Numbered from the stretch's first letter, positions 9,487 through 17,676 are shown. The stretch is 64,000 nt of DNA from an uncultured Bacteroidales bacterium (GCA_905234755.1 CAJOIT010000007.1:50-64049); one strand, 5' to 3'. Program-made: numbers and translations. Notes: generated by a model from the sequence alone, not told the origin.

Positions 9487-11220
9487 ATGGGTAGGAAGAT
9501 TAAATTCTGTTTGGTTTACAGGGATATGTGGCAGTCTGCCGGCAAATATGTTCCGCGTGTTGACCAGTTGAAGGAGGTTGCTCCGGCAATAATCGAAATG
9601 GGATGTTTCTCGCGTATTGAAACCAATGGTGGTGCATTCGAACAAGTTAACTTGCTTTATGGCGAAAATCCGAATAAGGCTGTCCGCGAGTGGACAAAGC
9701 CTTTCAACGAGGCAGGAATAGAGACAATGATGCTTGAGCGCGCATTGAACGGTTTGCGCATGTATCCTGTGCCTGCCGATGTTCGTCGGTTGATGTACAA
9801 GGTAAAGAAGGCTCAGGGAGTTGATGTTGTACGCTCGTTCTGCGGTCTTAACGACACACGCAACCTTGAGTTGTCGGTAAAGTACGCCAAGGAAGCCGGA
9901 ATGATTTCGCAAGGCGCATTGAGTATCACGCACTCGAAGATTCACACAGTGGAATATTACATGAGTGTGGTTGACAAACTTGTGGAATTCGGTGCTGACG
10001 AAATCGGCCTGAAGGATATGGCTGGTGTTGGTCGTCCTGTAACATTGGGAAAACTCACAAAGGCTATCAAGGATAAGTATCCTCACATAATAGTTCAGTA
10101 TCACGGACATTGCGGACCAGGTTTTTCACCTGCTTCGATGCTCGAAGTTGCTCGCAACGGCGCCGACATCATTGATGTGGCAGTAGAACCGTTGTCATGG
10201 GGAAAGATTCACCCCGATGTAATAACAATCAGGGAAATGCTTTATGATGCTGGTTTCGATGTTCCCGAAATCAACATGAATGCCTACATGAAGGTTCGTA
10301 CCCTCAACCAGAAGTACATGGACGATTTCTTGGGTTATTTCATGGAAATGAAGAACAGGCAGAGTTCGTCATTGCTTGTAAGGTGCGGTCTTCCAGGTGG
10401 AATGATGGGTTCGATGATGTCCGACCTTAAGAGTATGCACAGTGCTATCAATGTTTCGTTGCAGCAGTCGGGCAAGCCAACAGTTTCGATTGATGACCTT
10501 CTGGTTCAACTTTTCGAAGAGGTAGAATATGTATGGCCTAAGCTAGGCTATCCGCCACTGGTAACACCTTTCAGCCAGTATGTCAAGAACATAGCCTTGA
10601 TGAACATATATGCAATGTCGGCTGGTCAGCCTCGCTTCTCGATGATTGACAAGGACAGCTGGAACATGATTCTTGGTCGTATGGGTAAGCTTCCGGGCGA
10701 ACTTGATCCTGAAATTGTAGAACTTGCCAAGTCGAAGGGTTACGAGTTCTTCACAGGCACTCCGCAAAACGAATATCCCGATGCACTCGAATCCTACCGT
10801 CAGGAAATGCAGACTAAAGGCTGGGATTGTGGTCAGGACGATGAAGAATTGTTTGAACTTGCAATGCACGACCGTCAGTATCGCGACTACAAGAGTGGTC
10901 TGGCAAAGCAGCGATTCCATGAGGAACTTGAAGTTGTAAAAAACAAGGAACATAAAGTTATTCAGGTTGAGGACGACAAGGATCCGAAGATTAAGAAAAT
11001 CAAGTCGCCAGAGACTGGCAAGCTGTTGTTTGCTTTCATTTCCGACCAGTACAAGGTTGGCGACCAGATTTCTATTGACGAACAGTTGTTCTATATCGAG
11101 TCGAACACCAACTACGAGGTTGTCATTTCCGAATTTGCCGGAACCATTGGCAAGCTTTACTGCAAGCAGGGCGACTGGGTTCACGAAGGCGATACGATTA
11201 TGACAATCGTTACAGAATAA
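9487..11220 (+). CDS. Oxaloacetate decarboxylase alpha / pyruvate carboxyltransferase-like protein with degenerate C-terminal biotinyl domain
   Basis: 577 aa. It has a divergent carboxyltransferase TIM barrel (YRDMWQS, ETNGGA, LKDMAGVG, QYHGHCGPG). The C-terminal ~70 aa align to a biotinyl/lipoyl hammerhead, but the E-A-M-K-M position reads E-S-N-T-N. Confidence 0.7.
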   Translation: MGRKIKFCLVYRDMWQSAGKYVPRVDQLKEVAPAIIEMGCFSRIETNGGAFEQVNLLYGENPNKAVREWTKPFNEAGIETMMLERALNGLRMYPVPADVRRLMYKVKKAQGVDVVRSFCGLNDTRNLELSVKYAKEAGMISQGALSITHSKIHTVEYYMSVVDKLVEFGADEIGLKDMAGVGRPVTLGKLTKAIKDKYPHIIVQYHGHCGPGFSPASMLEVARNGADIIDVAVEPLSWGKIHPDVITIREMLYDAGFDVPEINMNAYMKVRTLNQKYMDDFLGYFMEMKNRQSSSLLVRCGLPGGMMGSMMSDLKSMHSAINVSLQQSGKPTVSIDDLLVQLFEEVEYVWPKLGYPPLVTPFSQYVKNIALMNIYAMSAGQPRFSMIDKDSWNMILGRMGKLPGELDPEIVELAKSKGYEFFTGTPQNEYPDALESYRQEMQTKGWDCGQDDEELFELAMHDRQYRDYKSGLAKQRFHEELEVVKNKEHKVIQVEDDKDPKIKKIKSPETGKLLFAFISDQYKVGDQISIDEQLFYIESNTNYEVVISEFAGTIGKLYCKQGDWVHEGDTIMTIVTE

Positions 11221-11240
11221 AGGATTTTTTGGTTAAACTT

Positions 11241-11285
11241 GCCGCGGCTACTATTGCAAAAGCGATGGTGGCCGCTTTTGTTTTG
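11241..11285 (+). terminator. Probable terminator after the oadA-like gene
   Basis: gcggctac ... gtggccgc stem (one mismatch) followed by ttttgtttt. Confidence 0.5.
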
Positions 11286-11367
11286 CAAAAGGAAATTGTG
11301 TGGGTCGGTAATTTGAGAAATGCAGTAAGAGAAAGATAAGTTGCGATATTTTATTCCTTTCAAATTC

Positions 11368-11499
11368 GGAATAAGTGGTTATTTTATAGTGCTAAAAAAT
11401 GGAATAAGTGGTAAAATTCACCTCCTCAAAAACGGAATAAGTTGTAATTTTTACCCCTTAAAAAATGGAATAAGTGGTTTTTTGTTTTGCAAAAGCAAA
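11368..11499 (+). repeat. Four direct repeats phased every 33 bp, core GGAATAAGTGGT preceded by an A-tract
   Basis: Cores start at 11368, 11401, 11434 (ggaataagttgt) and 11467, exactly 33 nt apart. The last unit abuts the -33 TTTG and the -7 box TAtcTTTG (11509-11516) of the ATPase gene. Confidence 0.9.
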
Positions 11500-11536
11500 A
11501 GAATGATTTATCTTTGTGGCATAAAATTATTGTAAA

Positions 11537-12904
11537 ATGCTCGAAAGAAAATTTACACAATATTTGGAGGACTTCATAGAGAACGAACCTAATAAAATAC
11601 TGTTAGTCAATGGCGCTAGGCAGATAGGAAAGTCATACATAATACGCTATGTAGGGAAGAAACTTTTTAAGCATTTTGTTGAGATAAACCTCAAGGAAGA
11701 CAAAGAGGGCGAGCAAATTTTTGCCGATGTTCAGACCACAAGCGACTTGTATATGCGGCTAAGCAACTATCATTCAAAGCATTTGGGAGACAAGACGGAC
11801 ACCCTTATCTTCCTTGACGAGATACAAAGCTACCCTCACCTCATGACTATGCTAAAATTCCTTAACGAAGAAGGAAAATACCGCTACATTGCAAGCGGTT
11901 CGCAACTTGGTGTAGCATTGTCGCAAACGCCATCGGTCCCTATCGGCAGCATCACAATAAAACAGATGTATCCGCTTGATTTTGAGGAATTCCTCTGGGC
12001 TACGGGCATTGGAAAAGAATGGATAGACCACATAAGAGAATCGTTCCAGAAGGAAGAAAGTCTGGATAAAAGCACCCACGAGTTGCTGCTTAAGCGATTC
12101 CAGTATTACCTGCTTATTGGCGGTTTGCCCGAAGCCGTTAACAAGTATTTGGAGGACAGAAATATAGTGCGCGTAAGGACAGTTCACAAGGACATCCACG
12201 AACTATATCGCATCGATGCTTCGCAATACGACGAGGAACACAAACTGAAGATTCGCAGGATTTACGACCTGATTCCAAGTAATCTGGAGAACAAGAAGAA
12301 GCGTGTGGTTTATAACAAGATTGAAAACAAGACTGGCAAGCACTTTTCCGACTATGCCGACGAATTTGAATACCTTACCAATTCGGGCGTTGCATTAGAT
12401 GTGTTGGCAATCAGCAATCCGCGTTTCCCCTTGGCGGAATCGGAGCAAAAACGACTTGTAAAATTGTACCTGAACGACATCGGGCTGCTCACTAACCTTC
12501 TTTATGGTCTCAATGTCAATGCAGTGTTGCAGGACATCAGAAGTATAAATCTCGGAACTGTTTATGAATCTGCCGTAGCACAGGAACTTGCAGCCCACCA
12601 GTTCAAACTTCATTATTACGACAACAAGCAAAAAGGCGAAGTTGATTTTCTGATAGACGACTACAATCGGCTTCAGGTATTGCCTTTGGAAATAAAATCG
12701 GGCAAGGACTACACCGAGCATAGTGCGCTGACAAAATTCCTTGAGACGCCCGAATATGGAATCGGCAGGGCAATAGTCTTTTCTAACGAACAGCAAGTTT
12801 ACAAAAAGAAGGGCGTTACCTATATGCCTATCTATTACTGCATGTTCCTTCAAAACTCATCTGACAACGACACTATAATTTTGCCGGAATTGGAATCTGT
12901 TTAG
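11537..12904 (+). CDS. AAA+ ATPase, AAA_14/DUF4143 family
   Basis: 455 aa. It has Walker A NGARQIGKS and Walker B LIFLDEIQ, with the long C-terminal region typical of DUF4143 ATPases. Confidence 0.8.
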   Translation: MLERKFTQYLEDFIENEPNKILLVNGARQIGKSYIIRYVGKKLFKHFVEINLKEDKEGEQIFADVQTTSDLYMRLSNYHSKHLGDKTDTLIFLDEIQSYPHLMTMLKFLNEEGKYRYIASGSQLGVALSQTPSVPIGSITIKQMYPLDFEEFLWATGIGKEWIDHIRESFQKEESLDKSTHELLLKRFQYYLLIGGLPEAVNKYLEDRNIVRVRTVHKDIHELYRIDASQYDEEHKLKIRRIYDLIPSNLENKKKRVVYNKIENKTGKHFSDYADEFEYLTNSGVALDVLAISNPRFPLAESEQKRLVKLYLNDIGLLTNLLYGLNVNAVLQDIRSINLGTVYESAVAQELAAHQFKLHYYDNKQKGEVDFLIDDYNRLQVLPLEIKSGKDYTEHSALTKFLETPEYGIGRAIVFSNEQQVYKKKGVTYMPIYYCMFLQNSSDNDTIILPELESV

Positions 12905-13083
12905 ACGGACTGCTGACCATTAGTATTGGCTCGTTAATCCAGTAAATACAGTTGGGAGGCCATAGGTTGCGATATTATACTCAACTCGCTGTTGAATAAG
13001 GCTGTGGAGTACGCGATGGAGATGTATTGATTTTCTGATAATTGTTTGTATTACAACAATTTGAATAATTTATTACTCTTTCC

Positions 13084-13165
13084 AAAAACGGAATAAGTGG
13101 TAATTTTTACCCCTCAAAAAATGGAATAAGTGTTTTTTTGTTTTGAAAAAGCGTTTATCTATATC
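13084..13165 (+). repeat. Second copy of the last two 33-bp units plus a decayed promoter (duplicate of 11429-11516)
   Basis: aaaaacggaataagtggtaatttttacccctcaaaaaatggaataagtgtttttttgttttgaaaaagc is near-identical to 11429-11495. Cores at 13090 and 13123 are again 33 nt apart. The -7 box is degenerate (tatctata). Confidence 0.85.
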
Positions 13166-13225
13166 CGAACATTATATTGTTTAAAACTAAACTCGCCTTT
13201 TGTTGTGTTTTATTATAATAATAAG

Positions 13226-13233
13226 TATGTTTG
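13226..13233 (+). promoter_or_regulatory. -7 promoter box (TAtgTTTG) for the five-gene operon
   Basis: Exact TAnnTTTG match 25 nt upstream of the ATG at 13258. Confidence 0.5.
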
Positions 13234-13257
13234 CAGTTTGGAATAATTTGCATAGAG

Positions 13258-14349
13258 ATGTCGGATGTGGTAAAAAATAAAAGGCAAGGGAAACTTCCTA
13301 AAATAGAAGTCGTTGATCTCTTTTGCGGGATTGGCGGTCTTAGTTATGGAATGAAGTCAGCTGGTTTTGATATTCGTGCTGGATATGATTTGGATTGGAC
13401 CTGCCAATATGCATACGAAACAAATACAGGAGGAAAGTTTTTTTATAAAGATGTTAATTCTGTGACAGGAGATGAAATAAAAAAACTATATTCAAAAAAG
13501 AAAAATATCATTAGAGTTCTTGCTGGTTGTGCCCCTTGTCAGCCATTTTCTTCGTATGCATTTAAAAACAAGAAAAAGGACGAAAACAAATATAATCTAT
13601 TATATGAATTTGGACGGTTAGTGAAAGAAGTTCATCCAGACATTGTTACAATGGAAAATGTGCCTGCCATTGCTTCTTTTAAATTAAAATCTGTCTTGTC
13701 TGATTTTGTGAACACTTTAAAATCAGAAAATTACGAAGTGTCCTATAAAGTAGTTTACTGTCCTAATTATGGCGTTCCGCAAACGAGAAAGCGCATGGTC
13801 TTATTGGCTTCGAGATTAGGAGAAATTGAGTTGATACCACCAACACATTCAAAAGACAACTACGTAACCGTGAAAGACGCAATCGGGAATCTTCCAGCGT
13901 TAGCAGCAGGAGAAAGTTGTTCTTCCGATCCGTTGCACAGATGTCGAGCCTTATCCCCTTTGAATAAGCAGAGAATGTTAGCAACACCTTATGGTGGAAG
14001 TTGGAGGGATTGGCCGGAAGAATTACTTTTGGAATGCCATAAGAAGGAAGAAGGCAAGAGCTTCGGTAGTGTATATGGACGAATGGTATGGGAGGAACCT
14101 GCGCCGACAATGACAACCCTTTGTACAGGTATTGGTAACGGGCGTTTTGGACACCCAGAACAAAACAGAGCCATCTCTGCTAGAGAAGCAGCATTGTTCC
14201 AGACATTTCCTACATCCTATAAGTTTTTTCCTGATGAGCAGAGTGTTTCTCTGTCAAAAGCATCTCGATATATCGGGAATGCCGTACCGCCCAGATTAGG
14301 CGAAATAATTGCAGAAAGTATAAAACAACATATTAGAACACACAAATAG
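13258..14349 (+). CDS. DNA (cytosine-5)-methyltransferase (MTase 1)
   Basis: m5C MTase motifs are present: I DLFCGIGG, IV PCQPFS, VI ENV, VIII QTRKR, X GNAVPP. The start is moved to ATG 13258 because the track's 13231 start lies inside the promoter box. Confidence 0.9.
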   Translation: MSDVVKNKRQGKLPKIEVVDLFCGIGGLSYGMKSAGFDIRAGYDLDWTCQYAYETNTGGKFFYKDVNSVTGDEIKKLYSKKKNIIRVLAGCAPCQPFSSYAFKNKKKDENKYNLLYEFGRLVKEVHPDIVTMENVPAIASFKLKSVLSDFVNTLKSENYEVSYKVVYCPNYGVPQTRKRMVLLASRLGEIELIPPTHSKDNYVTVKDAIGNLPALAAGESCSSDPLHRCRALSPLNKQRMLATPYGGSWRDWPEELLLECHKKEEGKSFGSVYGRMVWEEPAPTMTTLCTGIGNGRFGHPEQNRAISAREAALFQTFPTSYKFFPDEQSVSLSKASRYIGNAVPPRLGEIIAESIKQHIRTHK

Positions 14350-14351
14350 AA

Positions 14352-16460
14352 ATGGATGACGATCAAGTTTTAAAATGGCGATTTGATGTTAGCACATTCA
14401 GGTTAATTGGGCGGGATTTGATAACAGACCGAGTAACTGCTTTGTTTGAACTAGTGAAGAATTGTTATGATGCAAACGCGTCGGAGGCTACAATCATTTT
14501 TAATAATGTAGGTTTGGACAAAAAAGGAGAATCATCTATCTATATTAAAGACGATGGAATAGGTATGTCTTTTACAGATATCAAAGACAAATGGATGGTA
14601 ATAGGCACATCTAATAAACGTTCCAATCCATATAGCCCAGAGCCGTTTTCCCGGAAATGTGTGGGAGAAAAAGGAATTGGCCGATTTGCAGTAGATAAAT
14701 TAGGAGACAAAGTCAACATTATCACTAAACAAAAAAAAGGAAAACAATGGTTGAATGTTGAAATAGATTGGGAAGCATATTACAAACAGAGTTTTGAGAG
14801 TAATGAAATAAAACTCTTTACTGATATAGAAAACCATTACGAGTATTATGATTCCGAGGATATTAATGAGCATGGAACAACGCTGAAAATAACAAATATT
14901 AGGGAAATTTGGTTAGAAAATGACATAAAGCGCTTTATTGAAGAGGCGGGGAAACTAGTCTCTCCTTTTGCGAACATGAGTTATCCTATGCAAATCAAGG
15001 TTATTGCACCAGAATACGGCATAGAAACAATCGCAACTAAAAACATGGATGATGTTAGCATTGCTACCATCAGTTTTTCACTAGGTTTTGATATCACTTC
15101 TCAAACACAAGACAGTGCCTATTTTGATGAAGAGACAGGAGAAATAAAAATCCGAACTATTCCAATGAAGTCGTTTGGCGGGATTAAAATGAAAGTATAT
15201 TATTTTGATGAAGCCGCTCGTCGACGTTATCGTAAAGAATTTCCTAATAATCAAATAGATGGCGTAAAAATATATCGCGATAGTATTATTACCACTCCAT
15301 TTGCCGAAAATGAGTCTGAGGATGATAAGAAACGTGATGTTTTAGGAATTGACAAACGATTATGGATGAATATCTTTGATCGAGTAAGTACCCGAGAAAT
15401 CATAGGAATTGTTGAAATCACAAAAAAAGACAATCCAATGATCATTGACGCGACAAACAGGCAGGATTTTGTTGACAATGAACAATATCGCGACCTTAAA
15501 GAATTTATCATCACACAATTAGATGCAATTGAAGGTTATAAAAAGTATTCAAGGAAAAAGAAAAGAAAAGAAAACAGCAACACATTAGAATCCGCTGGTC
15601 AAGAGATTCAAAGCTTTATTTCCTCAGTAGAGAATATTGCCGAACAAAACCCTAATCTAAAAGACAGTCTTGCTCCTGTAGTTGAGCAAGCCAAGAAGAC
15701 CGGAAAAGCAGTAAGAACTGCAATTAAAGAAAAGAAAGAAGCGGAAGAAGAGTTTGCGCGAAAAGAGAGTGTTTATATGAGTATTATGTCTTTGCAAGAA
15801 TATGCAATTCATATTACACATGCTGTCCGTACCACATTGAATAAAATCCGTGATAGGGTTGAATATTTTAACATGTTCTATCCAGATCCTACGGAAGAAG
15901 ATATATTTAAGCGTTACGCAAAAGAAATGTATGTGGAATTTTTGAATGTTAATAAAGTGATAGATTATATGTTAAGTTATTCACAATCAAACATTCAACC
16001 CGAAGATATTGAACTTGATGAAACAATTCGCGAAATATTTGTCGAATATACGCCATTGTTCAACTCCAATGGAATCAAAACAGATCTTATTATCCCTGAA
16101 AAGATAATGCTTAGGAACACCCGTCGACAGTTTTTTAGAGATATCTTGCAAAACCTTATTGACAATTCCATTAAAGCCGTAAGAGATGCCGAACAAAAAA
16201 TAATTCGTTGTACGGTATCAGTCGAAAAAGAAGAATTAATAATTCTGTTATCTGATACGGGAAATGGAATCCCACAAGAAAAAAGAACATGGGTTTTTGG
16301 AGTTTATAATACAACCACCCAAGATCAAGGTGGTGCTGGCATAGGTTTATACATTGTAAAAACAAGGGTGGAATCTTTAAAAGGAAAAGTATTTGTAACA
16401 GATAGTGAGTTTGGTGAAATTGGTACAACAATAAGAATCGAATTACCATTTAAAAAATAA
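14352..16460 (+). CDS. Dual-GHKL protein: N-terminal MORC/Hsp90-like ATPase (HATPase_c_3-like) fused to a HisKA-like H-box and a histidine-kinase ATPase
   Basis: 702 aa. N-terminal Bergerat motifs are ELVKNCYDA, DDGIGM and GEKGIGRFA. A lysine/glutamate-rich coiled region follows. The H-box is ITHAVRTTL (His490, codon 15819-15821; compare SHELRTPL). The C-terminal kinase motifs are the N-box NLIDNSIKA, G1 DTGNGIP and G2 GGAGIGLYIV. No TM segments were seen. Confidence 0.7.
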   Translation: MDDDQVLKWRFDVSTFRLIGRDLITDRVTALFELVKNCYDANASEATIIFNNVGLDKKGESSIYIKDDGIGMSFTDIKDKWMVIGTSNKRSNPYSPEPFSRKCVGEKGIGRFAVDKLGDKVNIITKQKKGKQWLNVEIDWEAYYKQSFESNEIKLFTDIENHYEYYDSEDINEHGTTLKITNIREIWLENDIKRFIEEAGKLVSPFANMSYPMQIKVIAPEYGIETIATKNMDDVSIATISFSLGFDITSQTQDSAYFDEETGEIKIRTIPMKSFGGIKMKVYYFDEAARRRYRKEFPNNQIDGVKIYRDSIITTPFAENESEDDKKRDVLGIDKRLWMNIFDRVSTREIIGIVEITKKDNPMIIDATNRQDFVDNEQYRDLKEFIITQLDAIEGYKKYSRKKKRKENSNTLESAGQEIQSFISSVENIAEQNPNLKDSLAPVVEQAKKTGKAVRTAIKEKKEAEEEFARKESVYMSIMSLQEYAIHITHAVRTTLNKIRDRVEYFNMFYPDPTEEDIFKRYAKEMYVEFLNVNKVIDYMLSYSQSNIQPEDIELDETIREIFVEYTPLFNSNGIKTDLIIPEKIMLRNTRRQFFRDILQNLIDNSIKAVRDAEQKIIRCTVSVEKEELIILLSDTGNGIPQEKRTWVFGVYNTTTQDQGGAGIGLYIVKTRVESLKGKVFVTDSEFGEIGTTIRIELPFKK

Positions 16461-16465
16461 ACAGT

Positions 16466-17083
16466 ATGAATTATAACTTGGTATTTATTGATGACAATAT
16501 GAGAGAAGGATTAGACAATCCTTTCGTACGATCAATAGGTAAATTCAAGGAGGATGCAAAACTATCGGTATTCGTAGATCCACAAGAAGGATTGAACTAT
16601 GTTCTAAACAATTTGAACTGTAGAATGATAGTTTTTCTTGATTGCAAATTTGACGGATACGGATTACAAGGTATAAATGTTCTAAAAAAAATCCGTGAAC
16701 AAACCTCCTTGTTATACATTGTGATGATGTCTGCTAATGCAATAAGTCAAATAGCGGGATTGGACATAATTGAAATGATAAACGAAGACTTTATTTGGTT
16801 CTTTGATCGCAATAACGGAACGGTTAAGGATGCGTGCGATTTAATTGATAAAATTAAAAACTTGTGGACAACACGTTTTGATTGTGTGCTTGAACAATGG
16901 ATTCTCCGACATCCTGAAGATGCTGATAAATATGCTTATAGAGAACTTGGTGGCAAATCTTATACATGGTCAGAAATGTTGTCAGAATTGCGACATCAAT
17001 CTGCCGTGGGCAAGGTGTTTGAGGGGATGGTGAATGATTATTATATATATCGTTTTACAAAATTGGAAGATTCAAATGGCTAA
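16466..17083 (+). CDS. Receiver (REC)-domain protein with uncharacterised ~80-aa C-terminal domain
   Basis: 205 aa. It has the beta1 acidic pair VFIDDN, a phospho-acceptor-like Asp59 in VFLDCKFDG (codon 16640-16642), and a beta4 Ser/Ala MMSANA. I could not see a DNA-binding output domain. Confidence 0.6.
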   Translation: MNYNLVFIDDNMREGLDNPFVRSIGKFKEDAKLSVFVDPQEGLNYVLNNLNCRMIVFLDCKFDGYGLQGINVLKKIREQTSLLYIVMMSANAISQIAGLDIIEMINEDFIWFFDRNNGTVKDACDLIDKIKNLWTTRFDCVLEQWILRHPEDADKYAYRELGGKSYTWSEMLSELRHQSAVGKVFEGMVNDYYIYRFTKLEDSNG

Positions 17084-17672
17084 TGTCTTGATTGCTTGTA
17101 ACAATGCTGATTCTGTAGATTTACATAATTTTCTACAATCTTGTGCTGATTTGGCTAGACAACAATGTGTGGACTTCAATCATAATTATTCTTTTGTAGA
17201 ACCACCTCATTTAACAGAACAAGAAGTGATATCTCCAATGCCATATCATCAAATTTGTTTAATTGCGGCTCATGGTGACGCTGATGGTGTGTATAATGAA
17301 AATCATGAAGATGTTGTAACAACTAGAACAATCAATTATAATTTTGAAGGCAAGGGGTTTTATTCTGTGTCATGTTTGTGCGCTCAAAATTTGCGTATAG
17401 AACTTATGCGAATAGGGTTGAAGTTGTTTGTTGGCTATAATATCCCTTTTTGTGTAGGAGATGATGAAGATTTGTTTTGCGAATGCGCATTGGAAGGTTT
17501 TAAGAGTATTCTTAATGGAAACTCAAAGAAGGTTGCGCACAAAGCAATGTTGGATAAATATGATGAAGTGATTAAGACTGCATCATTTGAAGATAAAATT
17601 AAATTGCTCCGAAATAAAGAACATCTTGTTTTTGATGGTGAAGATAATCTTTTGTTGTCCGATTTAATATAG
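17076..17672 (+). CDS. Small CHAT/caspase-like (clan CD-like) protein, putative
   Basis: 198 aa from ATG 17076, which overlaps the upstream stop as ATGGCTAA. A hydrophobic strand + His-Gly (ICLIAAHGD) and a hydrophobic strand + Ser/Leu-Cys (FYSVSCLCA) are spaced like the clan CD dyad. The following LKLFVGYNIPFCVGDDEDLF...GFKSILNGNSKKVAHKAM resembles the post-Cys region of CHAT domains. Confidence 0.4.
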   Translation: MANVLIACNNADSVDLHNFLQSCADLARQQCVDFNHNYSFVEPPHLTEQEVISPMPYHQICLIAAHGDADGVYNENHEDVVTTRTINYNFEGKGFYSVSCLCAQNLRIELMRIGLKLFVGYNIPFCVGDDEDLFCECALEGFKSILNGNSKKVAHKAMLDKYDEVIKTASFEDKIKLLRNKEHLVFDGEDNLLLSDLI

Positions 17673-17676
17673 CAAC

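Noticed and set aside
9454-11184. 218-aa and 213-aa minus-strand ORFs
   Set aside because: They are antisense to the oadA-like gene and lack motifs. The 9454-10110 ORF would also run through the + strand promoter region.
11368-11499. Possible CRISPR array (regularly spaced repeats)
   Set aside because: The conserved cores are only 12 nt and the period is 33 bp, so the 'spacers' would be 21 nt. There are only four units, they are fused to a promoter, and no cas genes are in the window. The same reasoning applies to 24582-24657 and 52244-52373.
11341-11535. 64-aa + strand ORF with a periodic peptide (..KNGISG..KNGISC..KNGISG..)
   Set aside because: Its periodicity is just the translation of the 33-bp DNA repeat array. 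It starts with a non-ATG codon, spans the ATPase promoter boxes and has no protein-like features.
12905-13040. Short stop-bounded + frame fragment ...WEAIGCDIILNSLLNKAVEYAMEMY* after ATPase 1
   Set aside because: It looks protein-like, but it is only ~27 codons with a stop directly upstream and no recognisable family. The evidence is too weak to call a pseudogene.
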